Assembly (NCBI GenBank): GCA_964035545.1
Contig: OZ037767.1
Coordinates: 29,652,628 to 29,716,627 of the forward strand
Direction of reading: 5' to 3'
DNA: 64,000 nucleotides
Source: Bugula neritina
Taxonomy: Eukaryota > Animalia > Bryozoa
The notes below the pieces were generated by a model, which made no database searches, was not told the origin of the DNA, and saw nothing but the letters and a program-made list of their open reading frames with translations. Position 1 is the first letter of the stretch; every line of letters begins with the position of its first letter. The translations under genes and the position numbers were made by a program. Shown here piece after piece: positions 35,201 through 54,417 of this stretch.

Positions 35201-38200
35201 TACAACCTGGTTTAAGCAAAGACTTGCTGTTCAATAGTACAACTGGTCACTCCTACCTACTGTGTCCAGCTCTGCTGCTGACAGAGGGAGACAAATGCTG
35301 AGCATTTTCTCGATGCACCGGCTGCTGCCTACGTGAACTAGATCTACGAGGATATTGTAGTGTAGCCAGTGGTGATCCTTTAGATAAGAGATAAATATCA
35401 CCCTGCAGAGCTACCTGGTATTCCATTTTCAATCAAAATGTAAAAGCAGCTACGTGTATCAAAAGCATAGCAACAAATGAACGAAAATTGATGTCGACAG
35501 CGTAGAGTTAAATCAGCAGCTGCGCATTGGTGGATAGATAATTGTCTATAATACGAGGGAAATGAATGGGTAGTCAGCATAGCTGTCTAGTATTCCTATT
35601 CATTTACTAAGAAAATTATGCTGACTCTAAACTCCCTAATGGGTAATAAATTAATTAGCTATCTAGTTATGCAGTAAAAATGCTAAAGGATGTAATTTCT
35701 AAATTTAGTTATTACGAGAAATTGTTCTATTCTTATTCATTTTCCAGTAATGAGCTTAGCAAACAAACTGGGACCAGCAAGCTTCAAGTTTTTCTATTAT
35801 TTATTGCACAAATCAATTTTTGTAACCTTGGATAATTTATATTTTACAGCAGACTGCAGTAGTTACTGTGTTGCAATAGAATTGGTATTACTAACTATAG
35901 ATGAGCTTAACAATCCATGGCCTGCGAGTTATATTGTAGATCATCTAAAGATGGAAATGTTGCACATCTAACAATTTGTGAGGTAGTTTATTTCCACTAT
36001 TACAAGTGCTATGTGGAAACAGACTGGGTAAAATATTGTTTTCTGCTAACCACTACAATATGATTGGACATGGGGTTGCAAGAAATTACCATTTAACTAA
36101 ATATGTATACTTTTTATTATATTAATTTATATTTGCATCATTTGAATTATTACCTCTTTATCTATGGGGTATGGTATGTTTAGAGAAGACAACTTCTACA
36201 AAATGCGAATGTCGCATATACACAGTACACTAGTCTGCATATATCAAGTGTAAACAACTCCATAGTTGAGTGAAATTTGGCTATAGGAGTAAATTGGCTT
36301 AATAAGTACTAAGTATTTGAGAATTTTATGCTAGAGTGCTAGAGTGGTTCACCAAGCTGTGAGAAGACTGTAATGAAATGTGTTTACATAAGCTATTGGG
36401 CTGTGAGTATAAATGACAACCAGAAACCTTATTTATAATTAACTTTTTAGTTTCTTATTTTATAAAAAAACATGTCTCTTACAATGTTATTTATTGCTTA
36501 AGATGTCTTTTAAAATGTTTTTTTTTTCAAATTGATTTAGATTTTTCAGTAAGGATTATTTTGAAATTCACTGAAGGCAAACATCTTGCTCAAATATATT
36601 TACATCATTTACTAACTTCTGCTGCTTTGATTCATGCATAGTTTTCTCCATGTTTTTATTCCTACAACTAGACTGACTTCTGAATGAGTAAAGGTAACTC
36701 CTGACTAATGCAAGTTTTACTAGAGTTTAACTTAACACAGGTTTTTAAAAAGAGGAATAATAATAAAATCACAGCATATTTCACTTTACTAACTGCTCTC
36801 ACTAACTAACTTACTACTCTACAACTATTCTAACTAACTCACTACTCTACTAACTATTCTAACTAAGCCTAGGGCCACACTGTGCGTATTTTCGCATGCG
36901 AAAATTAAAATCACAAGTAGCAAAGGTGTCCACTGTAGCGTCAGTGATGCGTGGTAAATAAAGCTTTCATTTTTAAATCGCACTCGCTTTCAACAAAACG
37001 CAATTTACTGGAATATAGCACTAAATAAAGAAATTGGGCTCGCTGAATACCTACCAGCCAATTAGGTGACGACGACAGAGACGATTCGCACTTGCGTTGA
37101 AAATGCAGAGCGACAAGTGCGAAGGTTTTCTCAACGCGCACAGTGGACACCTTTGCTACTTGTGATTTCAATTTTCGCATGCGAAAATACGCACCGTGTG
37201 GCCCTAGGCTAACTCACCACTCTACTAACTGGTCACACTAACTCACTTACTACTCTACTAACTATTCTAACTAACTCCCTTACTACTCTACTAGCTATTC
37301 TAACTAACTCACTTACTACTCTACTAGCTATTCTAACTAACTCACTTACTACTCTACTAGCTATTCTAACTAACTCACTTACTACTCTACTAACTATTCT
37401 AACTAACTCACTTACTACTCTACTAACTATTCTAACTAACTCACTTACTACTCTACTGGTCTCACTAGCTCACTTACTGCTTTACTAGCTATTCTAACTA
37501 ACTCACTTACTACTCTACTGGTCTCACTAGCTCACTTACTGCTTTACTAGCTATTCTAACTAACTCACTTACTACTCTACTGGTCTCACTAGCTCACTTA
37601 CTGCTTTACTAGCTATTCTAACTAACTCACTTACTACTCTACTGGTCTCACTAGCTCACTTACTGCTTTACTAGCTATTCTCACTAGCTCACACACAAGG
37701 ACACACACCACACCTCGTGTGCAGTGTGCACTCACACTAATAAAGAATTGATTGTTGGAAGCTGATTCATCTTACCAGGATAGTGCATGACTACTGAGGG
37801 GAGTTATGCAACCGACAGCCTCCACTGTAACCGTAGCAACAGCTGTCCCTCAGGTGATGAGTAACGCAAAGGAAAGAACTCAGATTTGTTTAGCTCATTA
37901 GTTACCAGTACGGACTACCAGCAATGTATTACCAGTAGAAACATACTCATTAACTCATTGCAGTGAAAATAATAATGCATAAAATATTCACAAACATCTG
38001 CGTAGCTTCTTTACTGGCTAAAAGCAGTCAAAAACAAAGTAATGTGAAAAATGAGATTATTTTTGAATTAACGTTAAACTTGCATGTTCCACAAATAACT
38101 CTAGCGCCGCTGTATACCTGCCATAACTAGTTGGCCTCTATCATATTGACATAGGTAACGTAACTTTACTCAATGATTGTTGACTTTGGCATAGTGCCAA

Positions 38201-41200
38201 ATATTCCGGGCATGCCGAATATCTCTGTATTCCATTTCAACTGTCAGCACTAACATTAGCTGAATAAAAATAGGTCAGACGGATGCCTTTATAATACGCA
38301 GAGTGCTGCTTTCACTTCTGTCTAATTTGAACATTTCAAGATAAGTTATTAAGTTGGTAATAAAGGATCGGCTGTCTGATAAGAGATAAGTTACAGCTAA
38401 AACTAACTCAGTGCAACTGTTTGATGCAGCAGTTGTTATGACTACTGTATGTATCTATACACTCTGCAAACACGCTAGACTCGGTAAAAGGTCTATGGGG
38501 AGTAATATTATTAAGCAAAACTAGCAGATATGTACTAAAAAATCACCACTTTAGAATCATTTGAAAAATCGTAGTTAGAATACATTGCAGGCTGGTCAAC
38601 CGATGAAATCATACTAAAACTAGCTTAGAATATTGCACAAGTTTATCTAATTCTTGCTGCTGTAACTTTACCATCTCTCCAAAAAAAAATTTTTATCATG
38701 AGAAAATAACGAATGTCTCGGAAAACTAACGGAGCTCTTAAACCATAAAAGAATAAAACAAAGGTTGTCAGAATTCAAACTTCCAGTTTCTCATAGACAA
38801 TACAAAATTATTATTTAAACGCTGCTGAGCAATAAAAATGGGTTTATTGGAACTAGTAGACTGAAAACTGCAGGAATGGTGGAAATCAAAGAGATCATCG
38901 CCTAAGATACTGAACCAGGACAGAAAGCTAATGGTAGCAGCCAGAGTTACCATTAGAGGATATATTATGTGTGACTAAATCCATCATAATCATTCAACAG
39001 GAAAGAGCTTAGCTGAATAGTAAATAATTATCATAATTAGATGCCATCATGTATCACAATTAGTAACATTATTTTACTATTCCATGACAGCTTGGTGAAT
39101 CCTCTTTGTTTAGCAGACAGTGTGGAGCTATAGAATAGAATATGAACAAAATCTCTATGAGAATACAGCAGTAGTAGGGCTAGTAGTGTATTATAAATCA
39201 TGCAGACCTCAGGTGTACCAACTAAGCTTAGCTTCAAATTCTAATTTATGATTGAGGGATAAAATATGGAATACATATGTTTAGAGAGGAAGGAAGCAGT
39301 AAGGAAATAGTACAGGTTTGAAGCCTACAGCCTTGCACCTCCATAATAAACATTAGTTAAGATAACATGGTTTACGGTAACAGACTTGTGACCATTGAAA
39401 AAGAAACTTGAAAGTTAAAATCATTTAATTCGGCTTTCATATTAAAGATTTCTTCTTAGTAACTTTGGCTCAGGTAGTGGGAGTCAAAGAAGCCAACTTA
39501 TTGTCGTTTACCTCCCATATGAAAACTTTACATTTGTTGAGTTTGATAAACTTAGGATCAAGTGGCAGGCGATGCACGTATCACTGTGATTTCACTAACT
39601 AGGGACATTTCTACTGAACTAGTCAATATGCATAACTTCTTTAAGTAAACTCAATTCATTGTTTCTACTTAAAGACAAACATTTTTAAAAAAGAAAAGTC
39701 AACATGAGTCAAAAAAGGCATATCAACGGAAATGATATCATGATAACATTTCTTCAAACCAGTTTAGCATCTCAATCTAGATTTCTCCCGTGCTATGGGG
39801 GAGAGCATAAAGAAAGACTGTTTTTAACAAACTCACTGCATGATAAATTCTAAGATAAAAGGACTTGAGGAATAAACTGTAAGGCAACACCAGAATAATA
39901 ATGCTCTCATTGTTAAAGAAAGAGTAGAATAGTTGTGAGTCATACTGTCAAGTGCATACTAGCAGCTATCTCTTATGTAGAGAAGAGGGCACACTTTAAT
40001 ATTCTATGATCTTGTAAACCTATCAGCCTAACAATAACCATTTTATAACAATTAGACATACACAGCTACTACTTCATATCATAACACTAACAGCCGTTAG
40101 ACAAAAAACTAATTGATTCAAATACTTGACTACAAACTCCCAAAATTTCTAACTCATTCCCAAAGTTTAAATGAATATTATTTAGAGTATGAAATGGGAT
40201 ATTTCAAGCAATAATAGTATTTTTGTAATATTGACAACAAATATATAATAACTATACCTTGCAGAGAAGCTGTTACGAAGAGCAGGTTTTGGAGGCTGAG
40301 TGTTGTTTGGTTGTGAACTGGGGGAGGTATAATTACTAATGGTGTATCCACCCAACGACTTTCTTTCTTGAGCATTTCGACTAGAGAACCCAGTACCACT
40401 GATGGTGTGCCTTAGGTTTGTGCTCGCTGAGCGCTGGAAAAGGCGGTCACTTCTTGCCAAGCGTTTGCTGCTTTGCTGAGCCTCATATTCAGTTCGACCA
40501 CTGTACCGGAACTTAGATCCTAGTTGATACCACTTTCGGGGCAACTGTCGAATGTGATGCAACCGGAAGAAAGAGTGGTATTCTACGCAGGACTTCCATA
40601 GAATTTTACAAGACCTGTACGTAAACATGTTAAATCCAATGATTGTGTCAGACTGGTCACTACTCTCTCCGCGTGTCTGAAGGAAGAATTGCTTTCTCTT
40701 GAAAGATATCTTGATAATTTTAGCCCACGTAAATGTATCTACCTTTCTGTGATTTTTAAAAACCACCAAACCAGTCCCAGTAACTCCTAGTTGAATATCA
40801 ACTCCTGACGAATCTTTGGCATTATGTAAATCAACTCCGTACATTTCCAAATGCTTTACTCTTTCTAAGAAATTTTTCTCTGCGTCTGCTGGAGTTTGAC
40901 CTTTGTGTTGTTGATGATAACGCATCACCTCTAACTCAAATTGCTGGTCTTGGTGTGGAACAAGTTTGAAATCGGATAAATATCCTGTTCGGTGATCGTC
41001 TGAGGAGTAATCTCCAAGCTCTGATTGTACAGCATAACTCCCTAACAACGTTGAAACACCTATTGGACAAACCAGCTTACCATCTAAAATATCCCGTTTG
41101 ATTTGAAGGAAAAAGTGGTAGCGAGTATATTCCTCCTGCAGCTTACTCGGATCTACCACATAAAATTTCACTCTAAAGTATAAGTTGTAGGGTGGTTCCG

Positions 41201-41504
41201 ATTTGATTTGTCTTTTCAAAGTTTTCAGAGGGTCAATCCATCTCATCTTTTCAGCTGGACCATCACTTTCATCTTCATATTGCAAGCTGAAGTAATCCTT
41301 TTCAATCAAGTCTAAATGATTATAAACTAGTTCAAGAAGTACCTGAGCTTTAGAACGTCTGTCTACATCTACTTGGTGCGTAGTTTTATCAAGAAAATGA
41401 ACAATACATGTCACACCTTTCAAAGGTGGTTCATTTCTTGTATGTATCAACTCGTTTTCCCTAACTTTGTAGGTACCACTAGTTGCTCTCATTCTCACAG
41501 ACAT
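23257..41504 (-). CDS. PTPN4: FERM-PDZ protein tyrosine phosphatase, PTPN4/PTPN3 (Ptpmeg) family
   Basis: Exons: 41504-40258 (whole FERM and FA region), 34495-33917, 33413-33285, 32979-32817 ([12 protein letters not shown]), 29610-29541, 28399-28208, 26684-26449 ([21 protein letters not shown]), 26120-25984 (KCHQYWP), 23939-23807 (WPDHGVP), 23517-23257 ([20 protein letters not shown]). An upstream acceptor at 41677 implies a non-coding first exon. Confidence 0.9.
23970..23983. promoter_or_regulatory. Perfect palindromic RFX X-box GTTGCCATGGCAAC
   Basis: Exact match to the X-box consensus. It lies in a PTPN4 intron about 2.5 kb upstream of the AK5-like start codon. Function is inferred only. 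Confidence 0.45.
28668..28790. repeat. About 29-bp minisatellite CACACTTACATCCCAGCAGCTGTGTGCTA, about 4 copies
   Basis: Direct tandem copies in a PTPN4 intron. Confidence 0.75.
29320..29520. repeat. CAGTCACACT-based compound minisatellite next to a PTPN4 donor
   Basis: Repeated AGTCACACTA / TCACACAGTC units. Confidence 0.75.
29625..29771. repeat. 30-32-bp minisatellite ACTTGGACTACACACATAGATGCTAATAT, about 5 copies, next to a PTPN4 acceptor
   Basis: Direct tandem copies. Confidence 0.85.
36780..37692. repeat. About 33-bp minisatellite CTACTAACTATTCTAACTAACTCACTTACTACT, interrupted by a MITE
   Basis: More than ten degenerate tandem units, with a higher-order variant unit at the 3' end. Confidence 0.85.
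36867..37209. mobile_element. MITE, PIF/Harbinger (Tourist-like), 343 bp, about 70-bp TIRs, TAA target-site duplication
   Basis: Left TIR 36867-36936 (GCCTAGGGCCACACTGTGCGTATTTTCGCATGCGAAAA...) is the reverse complement of 37140-37209 with 2 mismatches. TAA flanks at 36864-36866 and 37210-37212. Removing the element restores the host repeat unit AACTAACTCAC. Confidence 0.88.
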
Positions 41505-41679
41505 TCTGCCGAATCGATAAGGTTTAAGCACTGAATTACCATTGTATTAAGTAAGATCTAACAGGTATAAGCGATGTAATGCTATATGCATGTCAACGCG
41601 ATCAAAACACGCTCTTGGAGTTTGACATAGTGATTGTGCAGACAAATTGATCCCTACTACGAGTACAGACAGCCACCTG

Positions 41680-42062
41680 CAACAAATAAACAACATGGCC
41701 TCTCTATAGCCTGTGATTTCCGTTTTTATTTCGATCGGTTATAACTGAAAAAGGCGGCTAAAATTAGGTGGTAGCGTAGAATCTTCGCGTCTCCCTCATT
41801 TTACGAGGTCCCAGTTGTAAGCCGATTGTTAAACAGAGTAGCGTAGCAGTCTTCGCGATTCAAACTAGTTACTTTGTTCGACAGTTTGAGGCAATCGTTT
41901 GCGATTCATTTTAATTTTGGAACACATGCATGACATAAGGTGTTAGTAAATGTAATTGCAATAATTATAATAAGGTAATCAGTAATATGGCAATCAGTTG
42001 AAATATAGTGTGTTGCTGCATTTTCTACGCCGACCTGTTGCGGTTTTTTCCACAAATTAGTT
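41680..42062. promoter_or_regulatory. Probable bidirectional promoter between PTPN4-like (-) and PPIL3 (+)
   Basis: Head-to-head genes with start codons about 560 bp apart. The region is locally CpG-richer than the flanking introns. Confidence 0.55.
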
Positions 42063-44174
42063 ATGGTACGTTGAATTTACTGTTAAACTTGATGGTGGTA
42101 TAAGTATTACTATTACAGTATTAGTATTAGTGAATATTAGTATTACTGTTAGTATTACTATTAGTATTACTAATACTAATAGTAATAGTAATACTAATAC
42201 TATTAGTATTACTATTAGTATTAGTATTACTATTACTATTAGTGTTACTATTAGTATTAGTATTACTATTAGTATCACAGCAATACTAAAACAGTAATAG
42301 TAATACTATTACTATAAGTATAACTATAAGTGTAACTACTAACTATTACTCTAATACTATTAGTACTAGTACTACTACTACTAGTAGTAGTAGTAGTACT
42401 AGTACTAGTAGTAGTAGAGTAAGAGTATAACATTAACTATGACTATGAGTATGGTGATGAATTTTACTTTAATTATTGATTATAATCATTGTCATCATGT
42501 TATGAAAATAAAATTACTCTAGTTTGATTGTTTTTACAAAGTCAAATGTATGTATTACACGGGTGAGTTCGAGTGTGAGTAGTTGCTTAAATTATCATCG
42601 TATAACTATAAGCTATACTTTAGGCTTAAGTTTAAGTGATGACAGTCAAATGATACTCATACTCATAGTCATACTGACATTTGATCCTAGTTGGTCATGT
42701 TTTTAGTTTTTACATGTAACATTAATTTCAATGATTGCTTCTAGCATACCAATACAACGGTGGTAAGCAATAAATAATATTGAATACTAATTTTAGATGA
42801 GTTTATTCAAAACCAAATTACATTAATTTGCTGTTTATGTTTTTCTACTAAATTTGGGGTTACTCTCTTTGAAGATTAACAGGTATTGCTTGTACTATGT
42901 TGTTGTAGGCGGTGACATTACACTCAGATCTAGGTGACTTGAAACTTGAATTATTCTGTGAAAACTGTCCCAAAACCTGCGAAAACTTTCTAGCATTGTG
43001 TGCCAGTGACTACTACAATGGTTGTTTATTTCATCGCAATATCCAAGGTTTTATGGCGCAGACAGGTGACCCCACAGGTATTCAACAGATCAACTGTAAT
43101 CATTAGTCAATGTATTTGCTGGTTTGTCATATTGTTGAAGCAAAGTAAATTTCTAGTGTTGAAAAATTAACCTATGGAAATATGTGTAAATGTTTCCTAG
43201 GCACTGGCAAAGGTGGTGAATGTATATGGGGAGGGAAATTTGAAGACGAACTGAGAGATATTTTGAAGGTATTCTTTATAATAGTTTTGGTGTTGACTAC
43301 TTCTAACCAAGTGGCCCATAAATGCCTAACATTTTATTTTGCCAATAGCCTTGAATTTTAGTCATTTCAAACTTTTCTGCTATGCTTATAAGCTACAAGG
43401 TTTTAAATTCAACATGTGTTTTTAGAAGCGTAGAATTACGTAGGTATATAATTATATCTTAGTCGTTCAGCCCGTGATTGTCAGTAGGAGTTGTCATTCC
43501 ATTAATATTTGTCTCTGTGTGTTTGTAACAGAGCTCTAGAAAATGTAATATTTATCATAAGGATTTGTCTTCTGCTGGTAGCATAATACGCGGGGAGTTG
43601 TCTCCATGGCCAACTCCGGGCCAGACACGAATGGTAGCCAATTCTTCATCACCTATGCCAAGCAGCCAAGTCTAGATATGAAATATACTGTCTTTGGAAG
43701 GTATTTACCAGTCCATCTTGTTATAAATTTAATTGAATTTTTAATACATAACTTTTCTTATTGTCAATTTGAATATTAAACAAATATTTGGGCTTAGTTT
43801 TTAAGTTGTTTTAACCACCATCTGCTACTTGTCTGGTATAGGAACTAGATTTTATTACTTAAGACTTATTTCACATTCTCAAGAGTACCTTTTGAACAGC
43901 AGTTAAACTTTAAATAATTAAATGAAATATGCTCCTGTTGATTAGCTGGTAAGCCCAGCAGCAACTTTAGCTTATTATTAACAGTTTGTAGTTGTCTTCT
44001 CATAGATGAACATAGAAAAATGTGTTAGAATATTATTCTGCTGCTTTTAGAGTAATTGATGGTTTGGAAACTCTTGATGAGTTGGAAAAACAGCCTGTGA
44101 ATGAGAAACACAAGCCTCTCAACCCCATTCACCTGAATTCTATTACTATACATGCCAATCCTCTGGCTAACTGA
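42063..44174 (+). CDS. PPIL3: Peptidyl-prolyl cis-trans isomerase-like 3 (cyclophilin J)
   Basis: Exons: 42063-42065 (ATG|gtacgt), 42909-43077, 43201-43268, 43582-43700, 44051-44174 (TGA). Protein reads [63 protein letters not shown]...[18 protein letters not shown]...[10 protein letters not shown]. The ATG-only first coding exon is the least certain part. Confidence 0.9.
42100..42420. repeat. (TAG/TAT/TAC)n degenerate trinucleotide microsatellite in PPIL3 intron 1
   Basis: Directly visible. It includes a near-palindromic strand switch at about 42361-42407. Confidence 0.85.
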
Positions 44175-45769
44175 TGACTATGTCTTGACTCCTAAGGGCA
44201 CTCTGTATCACTTGCTGTACTGGAGTTAGGAAATTATTCCAACTAGCTTTGGCATTTCTAGGTTATATTGTGAATAGATTTAAATTGATTTGAATTTTTG
44301 TAATGAACATTTGTATAGTTTTTAAGTAATTTAGAAGTAATGTTATCTACTATAGGCAAAATATGCAATACAGTTGTAACATTTTGTTTTACTTGGAATA
44401 TAAATGTGTTACCAGGTAGTGCGACAGGTATGTTCTTTCTACACCTTTGCTTTCAAAGCTAGTTAGCGCTCACTTGCCTTAGTTGACCAATAAACCTTTT
44501 GTTTTCTGTATCCTTTGAGTTGTAATGGTTGGCTTAACGTTTACCTGAATCATGTCGAAAGAGAAAGACTCTATCTTTCCATTGTAGGCGTAATAATATG
44601 TTGATTCTCTCTTATTGTCTATTAATATGCAGATATTGGCCTTGCTTTTTACAATCATCAATGTTTAATAATTTGTGGACAAAATAATCCATCATGCAAT
44701 ATTAATTTTATTACGTTTAATGGTATTGTCTTTGAAACCACAGACCAAAATACTTAGCACTTGGGAGCACACATTGTCAAAAAATGTTTTTGTGCGCACC
44801 TAAAGCTTTATTGCTATAACATTTTATTATAAAGCTTTAACAAAGATTTACTGTCAGTTCGATTAATATAAAAGTTAATTTGGTGCAAGATACTTGCTGA
44901 TACCAACCTGCACATCTACTAATTTTGCCTGTGATGATGCACAATTTACAACGATCACCTCATGGAAGCATTCCCGCATATTATTTTTTTAATAGTTAAG
45001 AGTTGTTCCTCTTTTATATTTTGTGAACGCACGAAAACTTTCTGCGCCGCAGTTGAATCAAATCAATATAAACTAACGATTATAAATAAATTGTCTTTAA
45101 TAGGCTACGGTAGTAAACAAAAATGTATTGATGTTACTAGTAATACTAATAGTATGAGTATCAGTATGCAATAAACCTAAAGAATTCACATTTCATTAAA
45201 ATAAATATATTTGATGCATGGGCTTGCTGTCAAATTGTGAAATATATTGCTAATTGTTGATAGACACTTACTAATAATAATTGTTTTTTTTCAAATTAAG
45301 GTTTCAAAAATCTATTGATATTTTTATTCTGTAATCAAATTGAAATTCAATATGAATATCGTAAATTTAAAATTAAAACAACTACAAGTGATCCTATTAC
45401 TTATACTATTACTACCATCAGTATTGCTAAAACAGCGTTATTGTTTTGAATCTACGCTTAGTTTCAATACGAAATTAAATAAAAATTAATTAATTATAAT
45501 TGTTGCCTATTGAAAATCATTTGATTTTTAATTTTATAATGATTATTTATTAATATTTATATTAGATTTAGTCCTACTGATACTCATAGCTATACTCATA
45601 ATATTTTAAATCATTCTTGTTGGAGTAATACACAACATGTTAAAAACATTTACTTTCACATGGTCAATGTCAGAATAAACTTGAACAGCTTTGTTTTAAG
45701 ATACACCAAAATTTTGCTTTAGGAAAGATCTAAGAGTTATATTACCACTGTGTTTTTTCACAGACTGCT

Positions 45770-52566
<6,797 letters not shown>

Positions 52567-54417
52567 ACCTTGGCAGTTACCGTCCTGGAATATGTTTTAC
52601 TACTTCCACTAATAATATGATTTTTGATATTTAATAATATAATTTGTATTTGATTACTTTTTCCAATCATCGCCGTACTTTTTTCAACAGAATGTTAATT
52701 TATTTGTGTTTTGTGTTATTTTTATGTTGCCAGTGTATTTTAAAACACGTGTAGGTGTTACATTTGTCATCTCACTCAATAAATCAGTTGGTTTTATTTT
52801 ATACTCGTATTGACTGCTCCACTAACTTAGTTTTATCGGTATGATTTCCCCGAGACATTCCAACGACTCGTATTCCTGTTTCTAACCTGGGGGTGTCTGC
52901 CTGTAGGTCTTTCTAACCAGGTGGGGGAGGGGGGTGCCTGCCTGTGGGTCTTTGCTGTCCACCCTAACACCCAGAAGAGGCTAATATAATCTTCATGTTG
53001 TACAAATAGAGTTGTCATTGAGTTAGGTCTGGTCTCACCATGTGATTATAAACGCTCCCTAGAGGGTAGGAGTTTCTTACAATAAAAATCTTATTTTAAC
53101 TATTTAAAAATTCGCTGCCTCTTGGGAATAAACATGATTATCTTTAGTATACTGATGTCTTGCATATTATCACATTATATTTCTGTTCCAAGGCCACAAT
53201 ATTTTCCACAATGGTTATTGAAATGTTTCAACATTCACATCACCTTTTTTTGTTAGAATTCAACCTTTTTTTGATCCCAATTCCCTCCTAAAATATGTTG
53301 AATGATTGACAGTTCCACTAAACTCTACAGAGTAACATTTCGGACACAATAATATAAAGGTTATTGAGTCCAATAAACCATGCATTAACCAATAAGGAAA
53401 GCCTTTGTAGCAGTAATATGTACAAGGTTAAACTCAGCTGCTAAACCACACCAAGATTGAAGGTCCCTAGAATAACCAAGTTAACCACACTAATCTACAG
53501 TACAGCTCAATGACCTAATGCAGCCTGGGGCCTTGCTCCCTGAAAGCCTTTTCTATCATCATAGTCTCATAGATCTAAAGCTATATTTTTAGGCTGATTT
53601 GGTGCAACTCATTCGCATAAAATGCTCATCTTTTTTAATTCTGATACATTACAAAACTGTAGTTGATTTTGTGTGTGCAAAATTGTGACATTGATTCTAA
53701 GAAATCTGTGCTCATTAAGATTACAAAACATAATGCAACGCATTAGTAAGCTGCAGAATAATACAGTCTAGTTTCTAGAACAAGCATTGCTACCATATTA
53801 TGTTTCACAAACAATTGTTTGATTTTATGGTACTAACTTGAATAAAGTACAAAGGGCTAAATGCATGTACTGGGTTGGTGGAATTACAAACAAACCAAGA
53901 TAGACAGAAACTAAGTTGCTTAAAAGCAATCCATCACGATAACCTATCTTCTAATCTGGTGAGAAAATCTCAAGTTATCAAGTGCATTGTAGAGATGTAG
54001 CACAACCTTGCTAAGTCCTTTCAGCATTGGCAGTAGCTACATGCAGTATCAGGGCAATATTGAAATGAAAGTTAAGTGAATGAACAAGAGGTAGCAAACC
54101 CCATTATAATACCTATATTATGTAGTTAGATATTATAATGTATATTAACATATAATACAATCATGTCATACTCTGAATGTGATTTACTCTTAACGCTAAA
54201 AATTGACAGAATACCGTTGTAATTTTTTGCAGGCTTTATAATTTTTGCTGTTGCTATTTGTTTGGATGCATGCATGCAGTAATAAATTGACAACATCGGC
54301 ACACATTACAACATCATTTATTTTTATAGTGACTGAGACTTTAAAGAAACAATAATTAATCATAATTAGAGTGATTATTCAAAATCTTCATGTTTCATCA
54401 GTCCAAGGATAGGTGTA

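Noticed and set aside
42057-42278. Poly-Ile/Leu/Val membrane-like ORF
   Set aside because: Translation of a TAG/TAT microsatellite in PPIL3 intron 1.
42740-42882. Alternative PPIL3 starts (GTG|gtaagc, or ATG at 42797)
   Set aside because: The ATG at 42797 hits a stop after 9 codons, and ATG|gtacgt at 42063 gives the expected Met-only first coding exon.
52833-53070. GC-richer segment downstream of katanin
   Set aside because: It may be a transposon fragment, but I could not identify any TIR, TSD or coding motif.
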